Assembly (NCBI GenBank): GCA_964586355.1
Contig: CAZPGO010000004.1
Location: forward strand, 1-28,596
Reading direction: 5' to 3'
Length of the DNA: 28,596 nucleotides
From: an uncultured archaeon
Lineage (GTDB): Archaea > Iainarchaeota > Iainarchaeia > Iainarchaeales > CSSED10-239
Shown: positions 17,594 through 25,895 of the stretch, one piece after another
Layout of the letters: each line of letters starts with the position of its first letter
Position numbering within the stretch: position 1 is the stretch's first letter
The notes under the pieces: model-generated
What the model was told of the DNA's origin: nothing
Databases searched by the model: none
The model's input: the letters and a program-made list of their open reading frames with translations, nothing else
Position numbers and translations under genes: made by a program

Positions 17594-17721
17594 CGTTCAA
17601 TAAATATTAGATACTTACTTTATTTAAAGGTATTTTTAGTTAAAAGTTGTATTTAATACACCTTATTAAAAATACACTTAAATGCGACATATTTAAATAC
17701 TTTTCGCACCAAAGTGTATTT

Positions 17722-18594
17722 ATGGTTAAAACTTTTACAAAATCAGAGTTATTGGTTTTAAGGGATATTGGCTCAGGAAATGGAGATGTTGTATCTATAA
17801 GTGAAAACCTAAAAAGAACTAAAAGCCAAATCTACAGAATATTAAAAGAACTTGCAGATAAAGAATTAATTACTAAGAAAAAAACGGGGTATACACTAAC
17901 AAAAGCAAAACCAGCTTTTCTTCTAAATAATCTGTTAAAGAATCCAAAAATACCAGAATTCTTAGCAGGTTCTCAAATATTAATCTTAATTAATCTTTTA
18001 GAAAAATCAACAATAAAAGAAATATGTAATAAAACAAAACTAGGCAGTACTTTTGTCACAAAATTTGTAAAAACAGCATATTATGCATCAATATTAATAA
18101 AAGAAAAAAGAGAATATCAAATAAATCAATATGTGTATCCTGAATTATATGAATTTTTAAAAGAATATCAAATATTTTATTATTCTTATGATAAAAGAAT
18201 ACCAGTTAATTCAACAATTTATTTTAAAAATGAAAAAGAAATTGTCTTTTCAACTAAAGAAAAATTAGATAATGCAACATTAACTTCTTTTTCTGCATTT
18301 AAGGATTATAATTTACTTATTTACACTCTTGAAAATTTTTATTACTTTCCTAAAAAGGAACTAACTAAACAAGAGATATTAAAACACACATTGGCAATTG
18401 TGGATAAAACAAAAGAGTTTAGGGATATATTGTATCTTGCTTTGTTTTATTATAAATATAAAGCTGGGTTTAAAGACATAAACCACGAAATACTAGACAA
18501 TCTAAACAAGATCTTTTCTGGAGAAAAAATTGATAGATACCCTCCACTAAAAGAGATTAAAGAGAAAGCAAGAATATATGATATAAATATGTGA
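17722..18594 (+). CDS. tandem winged-HTH protein (putative transcriptional regulator or antitoxin-like partner of the downstream NTase)
   Basis: MVKTFTKSELLVLRDIG...SQIYRILKELADKELITKK is the first wHTH, and SQILILINLLEKSTIKEICNKTKLGSTFVTKFVK is a second HTH-like unit. I prefer ATG 17722 to the TTG at 17647. The stop lies 5 nt before the next gene. Confidence 0.6.
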   Translation: MVKTFTKSELLVLRDIGSGNGDVVSISENLKRTKSQIYRILKELADKELITKKKTGYTLTKAKPAFLLNNLLKNPKIPEFLAGSQILILINLLEKSTIKEICNKTKLGSTFVTKFVKTAYYASILIKEKREYQINQYVYPELYEFLKEYQIFYYSYDKRIPVNSTIYFKNEKEIVFSTKEKLDNATLTSFSAFKDYNLLIYTLENFYYFPKKELTKQEILKHTLAIVDKTKEFRDILYLALFYYKYKAGFKDINHEILDNLNKIFSGEKIDRYPPLKEIKEKARIYDINM

Positions 18595-18598
18595 TATT

Positions 18599-19269
18599 AT
18601 GGAACAAAATATAACTAATTTTTCTCAAATATTTGACGCATTTAAAAATATTGACAAAAAGATTACAAAAAAGATAAATATATATCTTATTGGTTGAGCT
18701 GTTCTTCTTTATAATAATTAAAACAAGGAACAAAAGATATAGATTTAATAGTTAACTCAAAAGAGGAGTATGATCTATTTATTAAAATATTAAAAAAACA
18801 GGATTTTAAAATAGAAAAAGCAACAAAAGAATATTGTAAGCTAAATTTAGAAAATATACTTATCAAAAATAATTATAGATTTGATATTTTCAATAAGATC
18901 GTGTGCAATAACCTTTTCCTTAGTGAAAATATGATAAAAAGAGCAAAATTAATTAAAGAATATAAAAATATTAGATTATTTGCTTGTTCATTAGAAGATA
19001 TTCTTGTATTTAAAAGTATAACAGATAGAGATGGAGATATAGATGATTGTTATTCTTTAGCTGACAAATATATACCTAATTGGGAAATAATTCTTAATGA
19101 AATAATATACCAAACTGAAAAATCAGGAAATGATGTTTGGATTACTTGGTTTGAAAAAAGATTGAATTTATTAGAAGATAGAGGTGTTTATATTCCAATA
19201 TTAAAAGACATAAGAAAACTAAGTTTAAAATATTATAAAGAACTAGAAAAAAAACTTAAAGACAAATAA
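18599..19269 (+). pseudogene. nucleotidyltransferase-fold gene (minimal NTase / DUF2204- or AbiEii-like) disrupted by one in-frame TGA and one frameshift
   Basis: ATG 18599 gives MEQNITNFSQIFDAFKNIDKKITKKINIYLIG, then TGA (18695-18697), then AVLLYNN and TAA (18719-18721). Shifting +2 nt (equivalent to a -1 shift) at about 18716-18721 continues LKQGTKDIDLIVNSKEEYDLF... into the track ORF 18901..19269. The repaired reading LIG[G]AVLLYNN[L]KQGTKDIDLIV is a classic NTase G-G/S ... DxD region. Confidence 0.65.
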
Positions 19270-19297
19270 AACATATCTTAAAATTTCTTATCCTCTT

Positions 19298-19469
19298 GCT
19301 TTCTTTCTATCTCGTTTTTGATTAAACTTTTTCTGAAAAAGTTTATATTGCACGTTAACAAGAGCGTAACCGGTTATTTCTTTTCCTAGGCTTTCTTTTT
19401 ATTTCGTTTTTATTTAACCTTTTTCTGAAAAAGGGTATATTGCGCGTTAACAAGAGCGTAACCGGTTAT
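19298..19469. repeat. two 80-bp direct repeats (72/80 identical, gapless) separated by 12 bp, the second abutting the tRNA-Leu 3' end
   Basis: Copy 1 is 19298-19377 and copy 2 is 19390-19469. Both end in the identical 25-mer CGTTAACAAGAGCGTAACCGGTTAT. Each contains a hairpin: AAACTTTTTC-T-GAAAAAGTTT in copy 1 and CCTTTTTC-T-GAAAAAGG in copy 2. Confidence 0.85.
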
Positions 19470-19550
19470 GCTGAGGGCAGGATTCGAACCTGCGAAGCAC
19501 TAAGCACCAGATCTTGAGTCTGGCCCCTTTGACCGCTCGGGAACCCCAGC
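19469..19550 (-). tRNA. tRNA-Leu (anticodon CAA), class II with long variable arm, no encoded CCA
   Basis: The folded minus-strand sequence is GCUGGGG-UU-CCCGAGCGGUCAAAGGGG-CCAGA-CUCAAGA-UCUGG-13-nt variable arm-GCAGG-UUCGAAU-CCUGC-CCUCAGC-A. All stems pair, and the T-loop UUCGAAU and D-loop GG are present. Confidence 0.9.
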
Positions 19551-19628
19551 ATTATATTTTTTGTAATCTACAATATATTTATTGATAAAAAGAGTTTATA
19601 AATATAGAGTTTCCATAATTAAAAATAT

Positions 19629-20582
19629 TTAATATTTATTTAAAATACGAATTAATTGTTTATAACAATTTTTTGATCTTGGATATAATATAAGAAATTT
19701 TAGTCTTCTTTCTAATAAATAAATATCAACTCTGGTATTAATTTTCTTAAAAGCAAACATTTCTGGAAAATATTTTTTATACCAACCTCTTATCTTTTTA
19801 TAATCTTTCAATCGTATATACTTTTCTCTAGTTTCTGAAAAATAAGCTTTTGGCTCAACTTCCATTCTTTTAATAATATGAAGAGGATAATCTATAGATT
19901 TGTAGCTAACTGAATCAAAATCTAGAACACCAACAATTTTTTTATTCTTAACTAAAAAATTATCAAAGTGTAAATCGCTATGTATTAACACTATTCTGTT
20001 TTCATCTAATAGATCTATATTTTTATTTAAAAAATTAGTTAGTTTTGTGACTTCTGATTTAGAAAGCAATTTTTTTTCTTTTACAATCTCTATTTTTGAT
20101 CTGAATTTATTTTCTATGTGTTTTTTCCAATTAGTATTTTTATCTAAATTAAAATTATTAAAGCTTTTATTATATTTAGTACTTATAAAAATTTTTAAAA
20201 AAATACAGATCTGTTTAATAATTTGCTCTCTTTCCTTATCTGTATAGGTCTGCCAAACCGCAAAAAGATTATCTCCCTCTATCATTTTATGTATTCCATA
20301 ATCATAAGGAATAATTTTATTGGAATTATCAAATACCAGTTTTTTGGGGCAAGGCAATTTATTTTTAAAAAAATCTAATAAAAAATACCCTTTTTCAAAA
20401 CATATTTCACTAATATCTTTTCTTATTTTAAAGATATATTTATTATCTATATTATAAATATAAGAAGAAAAACCAATATTTATTTTTGAAATAGATTTTG
20501 GTTTAATATTTATTTTTTTTACAAAAATTTTTTCAATTTGTTTATTTGTAACTTTAGGACTCTGTTCAATTTTAGAAGCCAT
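19629..20582 (-). CDS. aminoglycoside/choline-kinase-like phosphotransferase (APH family, protein-kinase-like fold)
   Basis: Contains LIHSDLHFDNFLV (the HxDxxxxN catalytic loop) followed by GVLDFD (the DFD metal-binding motif). 317 aa. Confidence 0.7.
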   Translation of the reverse strand: MASKIEQSPKVTNKQIEKIFVKKINIKPKSISKINIGFSSYIYNIDNKYIFKIRKDISEICFEKGYFLLDFFKNKLPCPKKLVFDNSNKIIPYDYGIHKMIEGDNLFAVWQTYTDKEREQIIKQICIFLKIFISTKYNKSFNNFNLDKNTNWKKHIENKFRSKIEIVKEKKLLSKSEVTKLTNFLNKNIDLLDENRIVLIHSDLHFDNFLVKNKKIVGVLDFDSVSYKSIDYPLHIIKRMEVEPKAYFSETREKYIRLKDYKKIRGWYKKYFPEMFAFKKINTRVDIYLLERRLKFLILYPRSKNCYKQLIRILNKY

Positions 20583-20793
20583 CTAATCCTTTCCCTTTTC
20601 TAAACTTAGGTCTAAAAAATTTACTAAAAAAACCTGCTTTCTTTCTAGGTCTTTTAACTTTCTCTTCTCTTACTACTTTTACTTTTTTAGATCTTAGATC
20701 TTCTTCTTCTGGTAAAGGAATACCATCAGAGACATATAATGCATCATTTATTAATTCATTTGAATCTTTTTTTTTCTTAAACATATTATTCAC
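20572..20793 (-). CDS. small highly basic hypothetical protein
   Basis: 73-aa ORF with a K/R-rich C-terminal half. Its stop overlaps the start of the downstream kinase-like gene by 11 nt, suggesting translational coupling. Confidence 0.4.
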   Translation of the reverse strand: MNNMFKKKKDSNELINDALYVSDGIPLPEEEDLRSKKVKVVREEKVKRPRKKAGFFSKFFRPKFRKGKGLDGF

Positions 20794-20802
20794 ACACCCA
20801 TT

Positions 20803-21339
20803 TTATATAATTTTATAATATTTTAGTTCCTTAACAGAATATCCAGCAAGAACGATCTCTTTAGTAGAAACTCCAAAGTCCTTAAGATCTCTAGGGGTAT
20901 ATCTTGCTTCTCTATAGATTCTAGGATTCACATTTTCTTTAACAAAATCTCTTAAAGTAACTCCTGATTTTCTAAGATCTAAAGGAGATATTTCTGCTTT
21001 TAATAAAGCTGACACACTAAAACCTAATGAGACTAATTTAGATAAAGAATATCCTTTTGATAATAACCCATTCACATAGCTAGAAGCAAACATACTTTTT
21101 GCCAACTGTTTAATCTTTTCTTCTTCTTCTTGATCTTCCTTAACCTTCTTTAAAAAACCAAATATTTCTTTTAGTTTTGAGGCTTTCCTTTTTTCTAGTA
21201 AAGGTTTCTTCTCATAAATAGGCTTTCTTTCAAACAAAGGCTTCTTTTTTTCATAAATTGGCTTTCTTTCAGTTATTGGCCTTCTTATAGGCTTTCTCTG
21301 AATTGGTTGCCTTGTTTTTGGCATTGGTCTTGGTGGCAT
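20803..21339 (-). CDS. repeat protein: Pro/Lys/Arg-rich N-terminus + eight tandem decapeptide repeats
   Basis: The N-terminus is RKPIRRPITERKPIYEKKKPLFERKPIYEKKPLLEKRK. The C-terminal repeats are GYSLSKLVSL, GFSVSALLKA, EISPLDLRKS, GVTLRDFVKE, NVNPRIYREA, RYTPRDLKDF, GVSTKEIVLA and GYSVKELKYY. Confidence 0.55.
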   Translation of the reverse strand: MPPRPMPKTRQPIQRKPIRRPITERKPIYEKKKPLFERKPIYEKKPLLEKRKASKLKEIFGFLKKVKEDQEEEEKIKQLAKSMFASSYVNGLLSKGYSLSKLVSLGFSVSALLKAEISPLDLRKSGVTLRDFVKENVNPRIYREARYTPRDLKDFGVSTKEIVLAGYSVKELKYYKII

Positions 21340-21458
21340 ATATTACCCTCTTTAAATATATCTTAATCTATATTAATTATAGAAACCTTTATAAATATAA
21401 AATATTATATTTTTATAACATAATCAAAATAAAAAATATAAACTAAATTTGAGTATTT

Positions 21459-22136
21459 ATGCCAAATAAAAGAATAGATCTAAAATATGAAAAAGGGAAA
21501 TATAGTTTTTCTAAATTCAGTGCAAAAAAACCAAATAAAAGCAAAATAAGACATATTTTAACAGAAGAAAGTGCTCAAAAACTTAAAAGAATTATTACTC
21601 AAATAAGAGCAAAAAATCTGGAGGCTCTTAAAAAAAAAGTTGTTGAAATGGATAGAAAATTATCCAAAAACAGATCAAAAGTGTTTGGTTTACAAGATAA
21701 AATTGAATCTCTTAGTGTTAAAATAAATACAGTTCTAAAAAAACTTCAAAGAGATCCTAAAAATAAAAACTTATTAATAGAATTAGAACATCTAAGAAAA
21801 CAAAAAGATTTTCTTCAAATTGAATTTAATGCTATAGAAACAATTATTGAAAACCTAGTAGAAGAAAAAGAATTAACTAATATAGAAATATCAGATCTTA
21901 AAAACCCAAATAAAAGAAGAAAATTTAAACCAATAAGACTAAAAAAACAAGCACTAAAAGACATTTTAGATGCTTTGAGAATTTTAGAAAAGAACGGAAT
22001 TATTTCTAAAAACGAGCACAATAAAAGAGTGGGCATTTTTTTAAAAATACATAACAACATAAAACTTACAAAAATGGAAAAAGAAATATTAAAAGAACAA
22101 GGAAGAGATCCATTATTTGAGTACTATTTTGAATAA
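21459..22136 (+). CDS. hypothetical basic coiled-coil protein
   Basis: 225-aa ORF, K/E/L-rich and heptad-like. No recognisable motif. Confidence 0.45.
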   Translation: MPNKRIDLKYEKGKYSFSKFSAKKPNKSKIRHILTEESAQKLKRIITQIRAKNLEALKKKVVEMDRKLSKNRSKVFGLQDKIESLSVKINTVLKKLQRDPKNKNLLIELEHLRKQKDFLQIEFNAIETIIENLVEEKELTNIEISDLKNPNKRRKFKPIRLKKQALKDILDALRILEKNGIISKNEHNKRVGIFLKIHNNIKLTKMEKEILKEQGRDPLFEYYFE

Positions 22137-22783
22137 GAGGTATTATATTCTAAGGTTAATAAACATTCTTCTTCTGTGTTAAAAGTAGTTACATAATCAG
22201 CACCACAACCACTACCGCACTCATTAAAAAAACAACCATCTTCTTTAATTTCCCAAACTAAAGTACAAACATCTGGGCAGTTTAGTGCTTCTGATTCGCT
22301 AGATTGGTTTTTATCTGTTTCTATACTTTCAATATCCTCAAAAGTTCTATTTAGATTTAAATTTACACAAACATTGTTCTCACAAAAACAATCTTCTGGA
22401 GAATATGCTGCATCATATCTATATTCCATGGTGCAAAAATCTGGTTGAATAAATAGGCTTTCATATTCTTTATTTATACACTCTATTGGATGACAACCAG
22501 GCATTGGAACACACTCTTCTGGTGCCTGGCAAGCATAAATCTCTGGAGAATTAGTGTCTGTAGTGTTATTATCTAAAGGCTCTGTTAATGGTTTTTGGTT
22601 TGGGTTTGTAAAGATCTCTCCCTCTGATGTCATACATTGTTCGGGGTATGTTTCTAGTACAGGGTTACCAGCCAAAACACATTCTTCAAAGCTTGTTATC
22701 TTATTTTTTGTAAGTATTGCTAAAATTGCAGCAATTAATAACAATATTACTATTCCTATAATAATTTTTGTGTTTTTTTTCAT
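22124..22783 (-). CDS. membrane-anchored/secreted cysteine-rich protein
   Basis: N-terminal anchor KIIIGIVILLLIAAILAIL followed by 17 Cys in about 190 aa (for example CQAPEECVPMPGCHPIEC and PEDCFCENNVCVN). Confidence 0.55.
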   Translation of the reverse strand: MKKNTKIIIGIVILLLIAAILAILTKNKITSFEECVLAGNPVLETYPEQCMTSEGEIFTNPNQKPLTEPLDNNTTDTNSPEIYACQAPEECVPMPGCHPIECINKEYESLFIQPDFCTMEYRYDAAYSPEDCFCENNVCVNLNLNRTFEDIESIETDKNQSSESEALNCPDVCTLVWEIKEDGCFFNECGSGCGADYVTTFNTEEECLLTLEYNTSYSK

Positions 22784-22836
22784 AATTGATCTATATATTT
22801 AACAATAAAAAACATTATATAGTTTTCTGAAAAAAT

Positions 22837-23793
22837 CTAAATGATCTCCTCTATTCTTTTATCCAAATCCTGAGATTTTGCAAATATCTCATAGTGTTTT
22901 AAATAAGAAGATAATAAATAAAAATCCAATCTTTTGTCTAGATCTTTAAAATCAAACATTTCTGGAAAATATTTTTTATACCAAATAAGTAAATTATTAT
23001 AGTCCCTAAACTTAATATTTTTAGAAAAGTCTTTTGAAACATAGGCTTTGGGTTGAATCATCATTCTTTTTACAACTGCTAGAGGATTATCTAAAGAAGC
23101 ATAAACAATTGCATCAAAATCAATAAAACCCACCACCTTTTTATTTTTCACAATCATATTATTAAAATGTAGATCCCAAAAGGTTAGAAAAATTTTTGCT
23201 TCTTTAAAAAGAGGGTGATATTTTGATATAAAGTTTTCTATTTTTTTAATTTTTTTATTATCTAGTAATTTTTTTTCTTTTAGATCAAATAAATTAAAAA
23301 TAATTTCATTATAAATAGTATCATACCAATCAACATTTGGATTTAAACTATATCTTGCTTCTTTAAAAATTTTAAATTTTCGGGAATATTTTGTTTTATA
23401 AAGGGGTATTAATAATTTATCACAGATCTGTTTTATTATTTGTTCTTTTTCTTTATCTGTATAGGTATGCCAAACATATGCCAGATTATTTCCTTTTATC
23501 ATTTTATAAATCCCATAAGTGTAAGGAATAATCTTATAAGAATCATCAAAAACTAACACCTCTGGACAAGGGATCTTATCTTTAAAAAAATCATATAAAA
23601 AATATGCTTTCTTAAAACAGTTGTCTGAGATTTTGCCTAGTTTATTTATTCTAAGAATATATTTATTATCTATATTATATACATCAGTAGAAAAACCAAC
23701 CTCTACTTTGGAGATCTTTTTTGGTTTCTTGTTTAATTTTTTTGTAAATATATTATTTATTTCTTGATTTTTGATTATTTCTGTAGATTGCAT
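22837..23793 (-). CDS. APH/choline-kinase-like phosphotransferase, paralogue of 19629..20582
   Basis: Collinear with the other copy at roughly half of positions by eye. Shared blocks include YNIDNKY, PCP..LVFD.S.KIIPY.YG, TYTDKE.EQIIKQIC, DLHF.N..VKNKK.VG..DFD and WYKKYFPEMF.FK. The catalytic loop here reads FWDLHFNNMIV. Confidence 0.7.
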   Translation of the reverse strand: MQSTEIIKNQEINNIFTKKLNKKPKKISKVEVGFSTDVYNIDNKYILRINKLGKISDNCFKKAYFLYDFFKDKIPCPEVLVFDDSYKIIPYTYGIYKMIKGNNLAYVWHTYTDKEKEQIIKQICDKLLIPLYKTKYSRKFKIFKEARYSLNPNVDWYDTIYNEIIFNLFDLKEKKLLDNKKIKKIENFISKYHPLFKEAKIFLTFWDLHFNNMIVKNKKVVGFIDFDAIVYASLDNPLAVVKRMMIQPKAYVSKDFSKNIKFRDYNNLLIWYKKYFPEMFDFKDLDKRLDFYLLSSYLKHYEIFAKSQDLDKRIEEII

Positions 23794-23926
23794 AAGAAAT
23801 CATTATTTATACCTTTTAATAAAAATTACTTTTATAGACAAAACACAATTATAAAAAAAACTTACTTTGTTTCTATTAAAATAACACAAATATACAAAGA
23901 ACAAAATAAAAATTACTTGTATAAAA

Positions 23927-25018
23927 TTACTTTATTTCAATTTCAGTATACTTAGATAAAAACAATTTTGCAACAGCCATATAGTTTGGGATAAATTCTA
24001 TGGTTGAACCTACTTCTTTTTTCTTCCCATTTATAATTGTATTTTTCTTTAGATCATAAACACTCATGTCAGAAGTTGTACCTATAAAAAAAATGTTTTT
24101 GGATTTTGGTTTTAATTTTTCGGCATCAACATCTAAAATACCAAAATCAACAATTGCTCTATAGGTTTCTGTTTTTGAAAATTTATTAGATGTATGCCCT
24201 ATATTAGCAGAACCTATTTTGCCATCTGGTTTTGACCTTTTTTTCTTTAATTCAATTATATTTGCTTGATATTTAAAAACATCGGTGTTTAGATCTTTGT
24301 ATTTTTTGCCAGTTATAGGATCTGTTCCTAAAAAAGCAGATTCACCAATTCTTAAATGATTAATGCTTTTTGGAAAACCTTTTTCTAATAAAGATAAATT
24401 AATAGAGCTACCACCAGAAATAAATTTTAGTTTTTTATTAAACTTCTTTTCAATCTTTTTTTTATAATCTGATAATAGTTTCATTTTCTTAATGGTGGGC
24501 TCAACACCATACATACAACCAAGATTTGCACCAATACCTATTACATTTATGTTACTTAAATTAAAACACTGAGAATAAAAATCTAACAAGTTTTCTTTAA
24601 TAACCCCTTCTCTAAGTTCACCAAGCTCGATCATAATTATTATTTTATGAATTTTGTTTTGCAATTTTGCTTCTTCATTTAATTTTTTTATGGTTTTTAG
24701 AGAAGTATTTAAAGAAATATCAGCATATTTTATAATAGTTTTTGCATATTTCATTGCTGGTGGTTTAATATACATAGTAACTATTTTTGGATTTATTTTT
24801 TTTATAATTTTTAAATTTGTAATTCTAGAATCTCCTATAGAATTAAGTTTTTTTATTAGTGGTTTATTTAATATTTCTTCCAAAACAACTTTATTTCCAG
24901 ACAATAGTTTAGTAACCAAAGTCCATTTTATATTTTTTTGTGCTAAATATTCATTTAAGGCAGAAATATTTTGAAATAGTTTTTGCTTATCTATTATTAA
25001 CTTACTCATGATTATCAT
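23927..25018 (-). CDS. PLP-dependent alanine-racemase-fold enzyme (predicted amino-acid/ornithine racemase type)
   Basis: The N-terminus LIIDKQKLFQNISALNEYLAQKNIKWTLVTKLLSG has the barrel start and a candidate PLP lysine in the VTK context, as in YhfX/ornithine-racemase-like proteins. Later blocks IGANLGC and RIGES follow. The start could instead be the fourth codon, ATG at 25009. Confidence 0.6.
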   Translation of the reverse strand: MIIMSKLIIDKQKLFQNISALNEYLAQKNIKWTLVTKLLSGNKVVLEEILNKPLIKKLNSIGDSRITNLKIIKKINPKIVTMYIKPPAMKYAKTIIKYADISLNTSLKTIKKLNEEAKLQNKIHKIIIMIELGELREGVIKENLLDFYSQCFNLSNINVIGIGANLGCMYGVEPTIKKMKLLSDYKKKIEKKFNKKLKFISGGSSINLSLLEKGFPKSINHLRIGESAFLGTDPITGKKYKDLNTDVFKYQANIIELKKKRSKPDGKIGSANIGHTSNKFSKTETYRAIVDFGILDVDAEKLKPKSKNIFFIGTTSDMSVYDLKKNTIINGKKKEVGSTIEFIPNYMAVAKLFLSKYTEIEIK

Positions 25019-25034
25019 AATTTTTATAAAACCA

Positions 25035-25052
25035 AAATGCAGATCTGCATTT
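25035..25052. promoter_or_regulatory. perfect 18-bp palindrome AAATGCAGATCTGCATTT just upstream of the racemase-like gene
   Basis: Self-complementary over all 18 nt, 17 nt upstream of the ATG at 25018, and the most GC-rich element in a 433-bp AT-rich spacer. Candidate operator for a dimeric regulator. Confidence 0.3.
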
Positions 25053-25451
25053 ATTAAAACAAAAGGAGAATATTATATATAAAATACAAACTTTTTATAA
25101 AATAGAGTATTTTTAAATATTGATCAATTCTTTAAGAATTTAAAAATATTCTAGAAAAGATCTTAAAAAAAACAAGTTTTTTCTAGAAATCTTATTTTTT
25201 TAATAATCACTTGAATTAATTTTATAAAGATAGAGAATGGTTTTTTTTTCAATTATTCTTTCTCTAGATTTTAAATTTATCAAACAGATAATATATTTAA
25301 TAGATTAGATCTTCTATTTATTTACTTTTTTAAAAAAATATCGTTTAAGATAAAAACACAATTTTTTTAGTTGAAAAACTCTCTATATATACTAAATATC
25401 TGTGCCTATAAATCTTAAAAGAAAAAAAACATAACAGCGGAGGAAAAACAA

Positions 25452-25688
25452 ATGAAAAAAACCTGTCTTGTAGTAGCTATGGCTTTAATACTGGGGTCAA
25501 TAGTATTTTTAGATCATGCATCTACATTAAAAAAAGAACACAATGAAGCAAAAAATATCTTAGAATTTAAAGCAGTAGATATCTATCCACGGTGGTGTGG
25601 AGATAGTTTTTGTGATTACCAGATAGGAGAAACACCCCTGAGTTGTCCAGAAGATTGCTTTGTTAAGTCATATTTTTTTCGTTTTTAA
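25452..25688 (+). CDS. small secreted Cys-motif protein
   Basis: GGAGG lies 8-9 nt upstream. The signal peptide is MKKTCLVVAMALILGSIVFL. The mature part carries one CGDSFCDYQIGETPLSCPEDC module (the CGDxxC...CPxDC pattern common in archaeal extracellular proteins). Confidence 0.5.
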   Translation: MKKTCLVVAMALILGSIVFLDHASTLKKEHNEAKNILEFKAVDIYPRWCGDSFCDYQIGETPLSCPEDCFVKSYFFRF

Positions 25689-25871
25689 AAAAATTAATGG
25701 TTTTTGTTTAAATATTAATTTTAAAATTATTTGAATAAGAAACAAATTAATTTGAAATTTTTTTCTTTTTTTTTAATATAAGAAAAAGATCTAAACAGAA
25801 TCTATTATTTTTGAAAGTAAAACTAATTTTGTTTGTGCAAGAAAAATTATTCTCTATTACTATTTATAAAA

Positions 25872-25895
25872 ATACGGAGAATAAAAAAAGGATCT
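25872..25895 (-). terminator. hairpin + T7 downstream of tRNA-Ser and its trailer
   Basis: The minus strand reads TCTAG-AAAA-CTAGA-TCC-TTTTTTT. Confidence 0.35.

Noticed and set aside
18695-18697. In-frame TGA in the NTase gene as evidence of TGA-to-Gly recoding (code 25-like)
   Set aside because: TGA clearly terminates neighbouring genes (17722..18594, 8215..8622, 8710..10137). The same gene also carries a frameshift, so pseudogenisation is the simpler explanation.
19298-19469. Tandem repeat near tRNA-Leu as a mini CRISPR array or C/D-box sRNA pair
   Set aside because: There are only two copies, 80 bp long with a 12-bp gap and no spacer-like unique inserts. CTGA is present, but there is no RUGAUGA C box or proper guide spacing.
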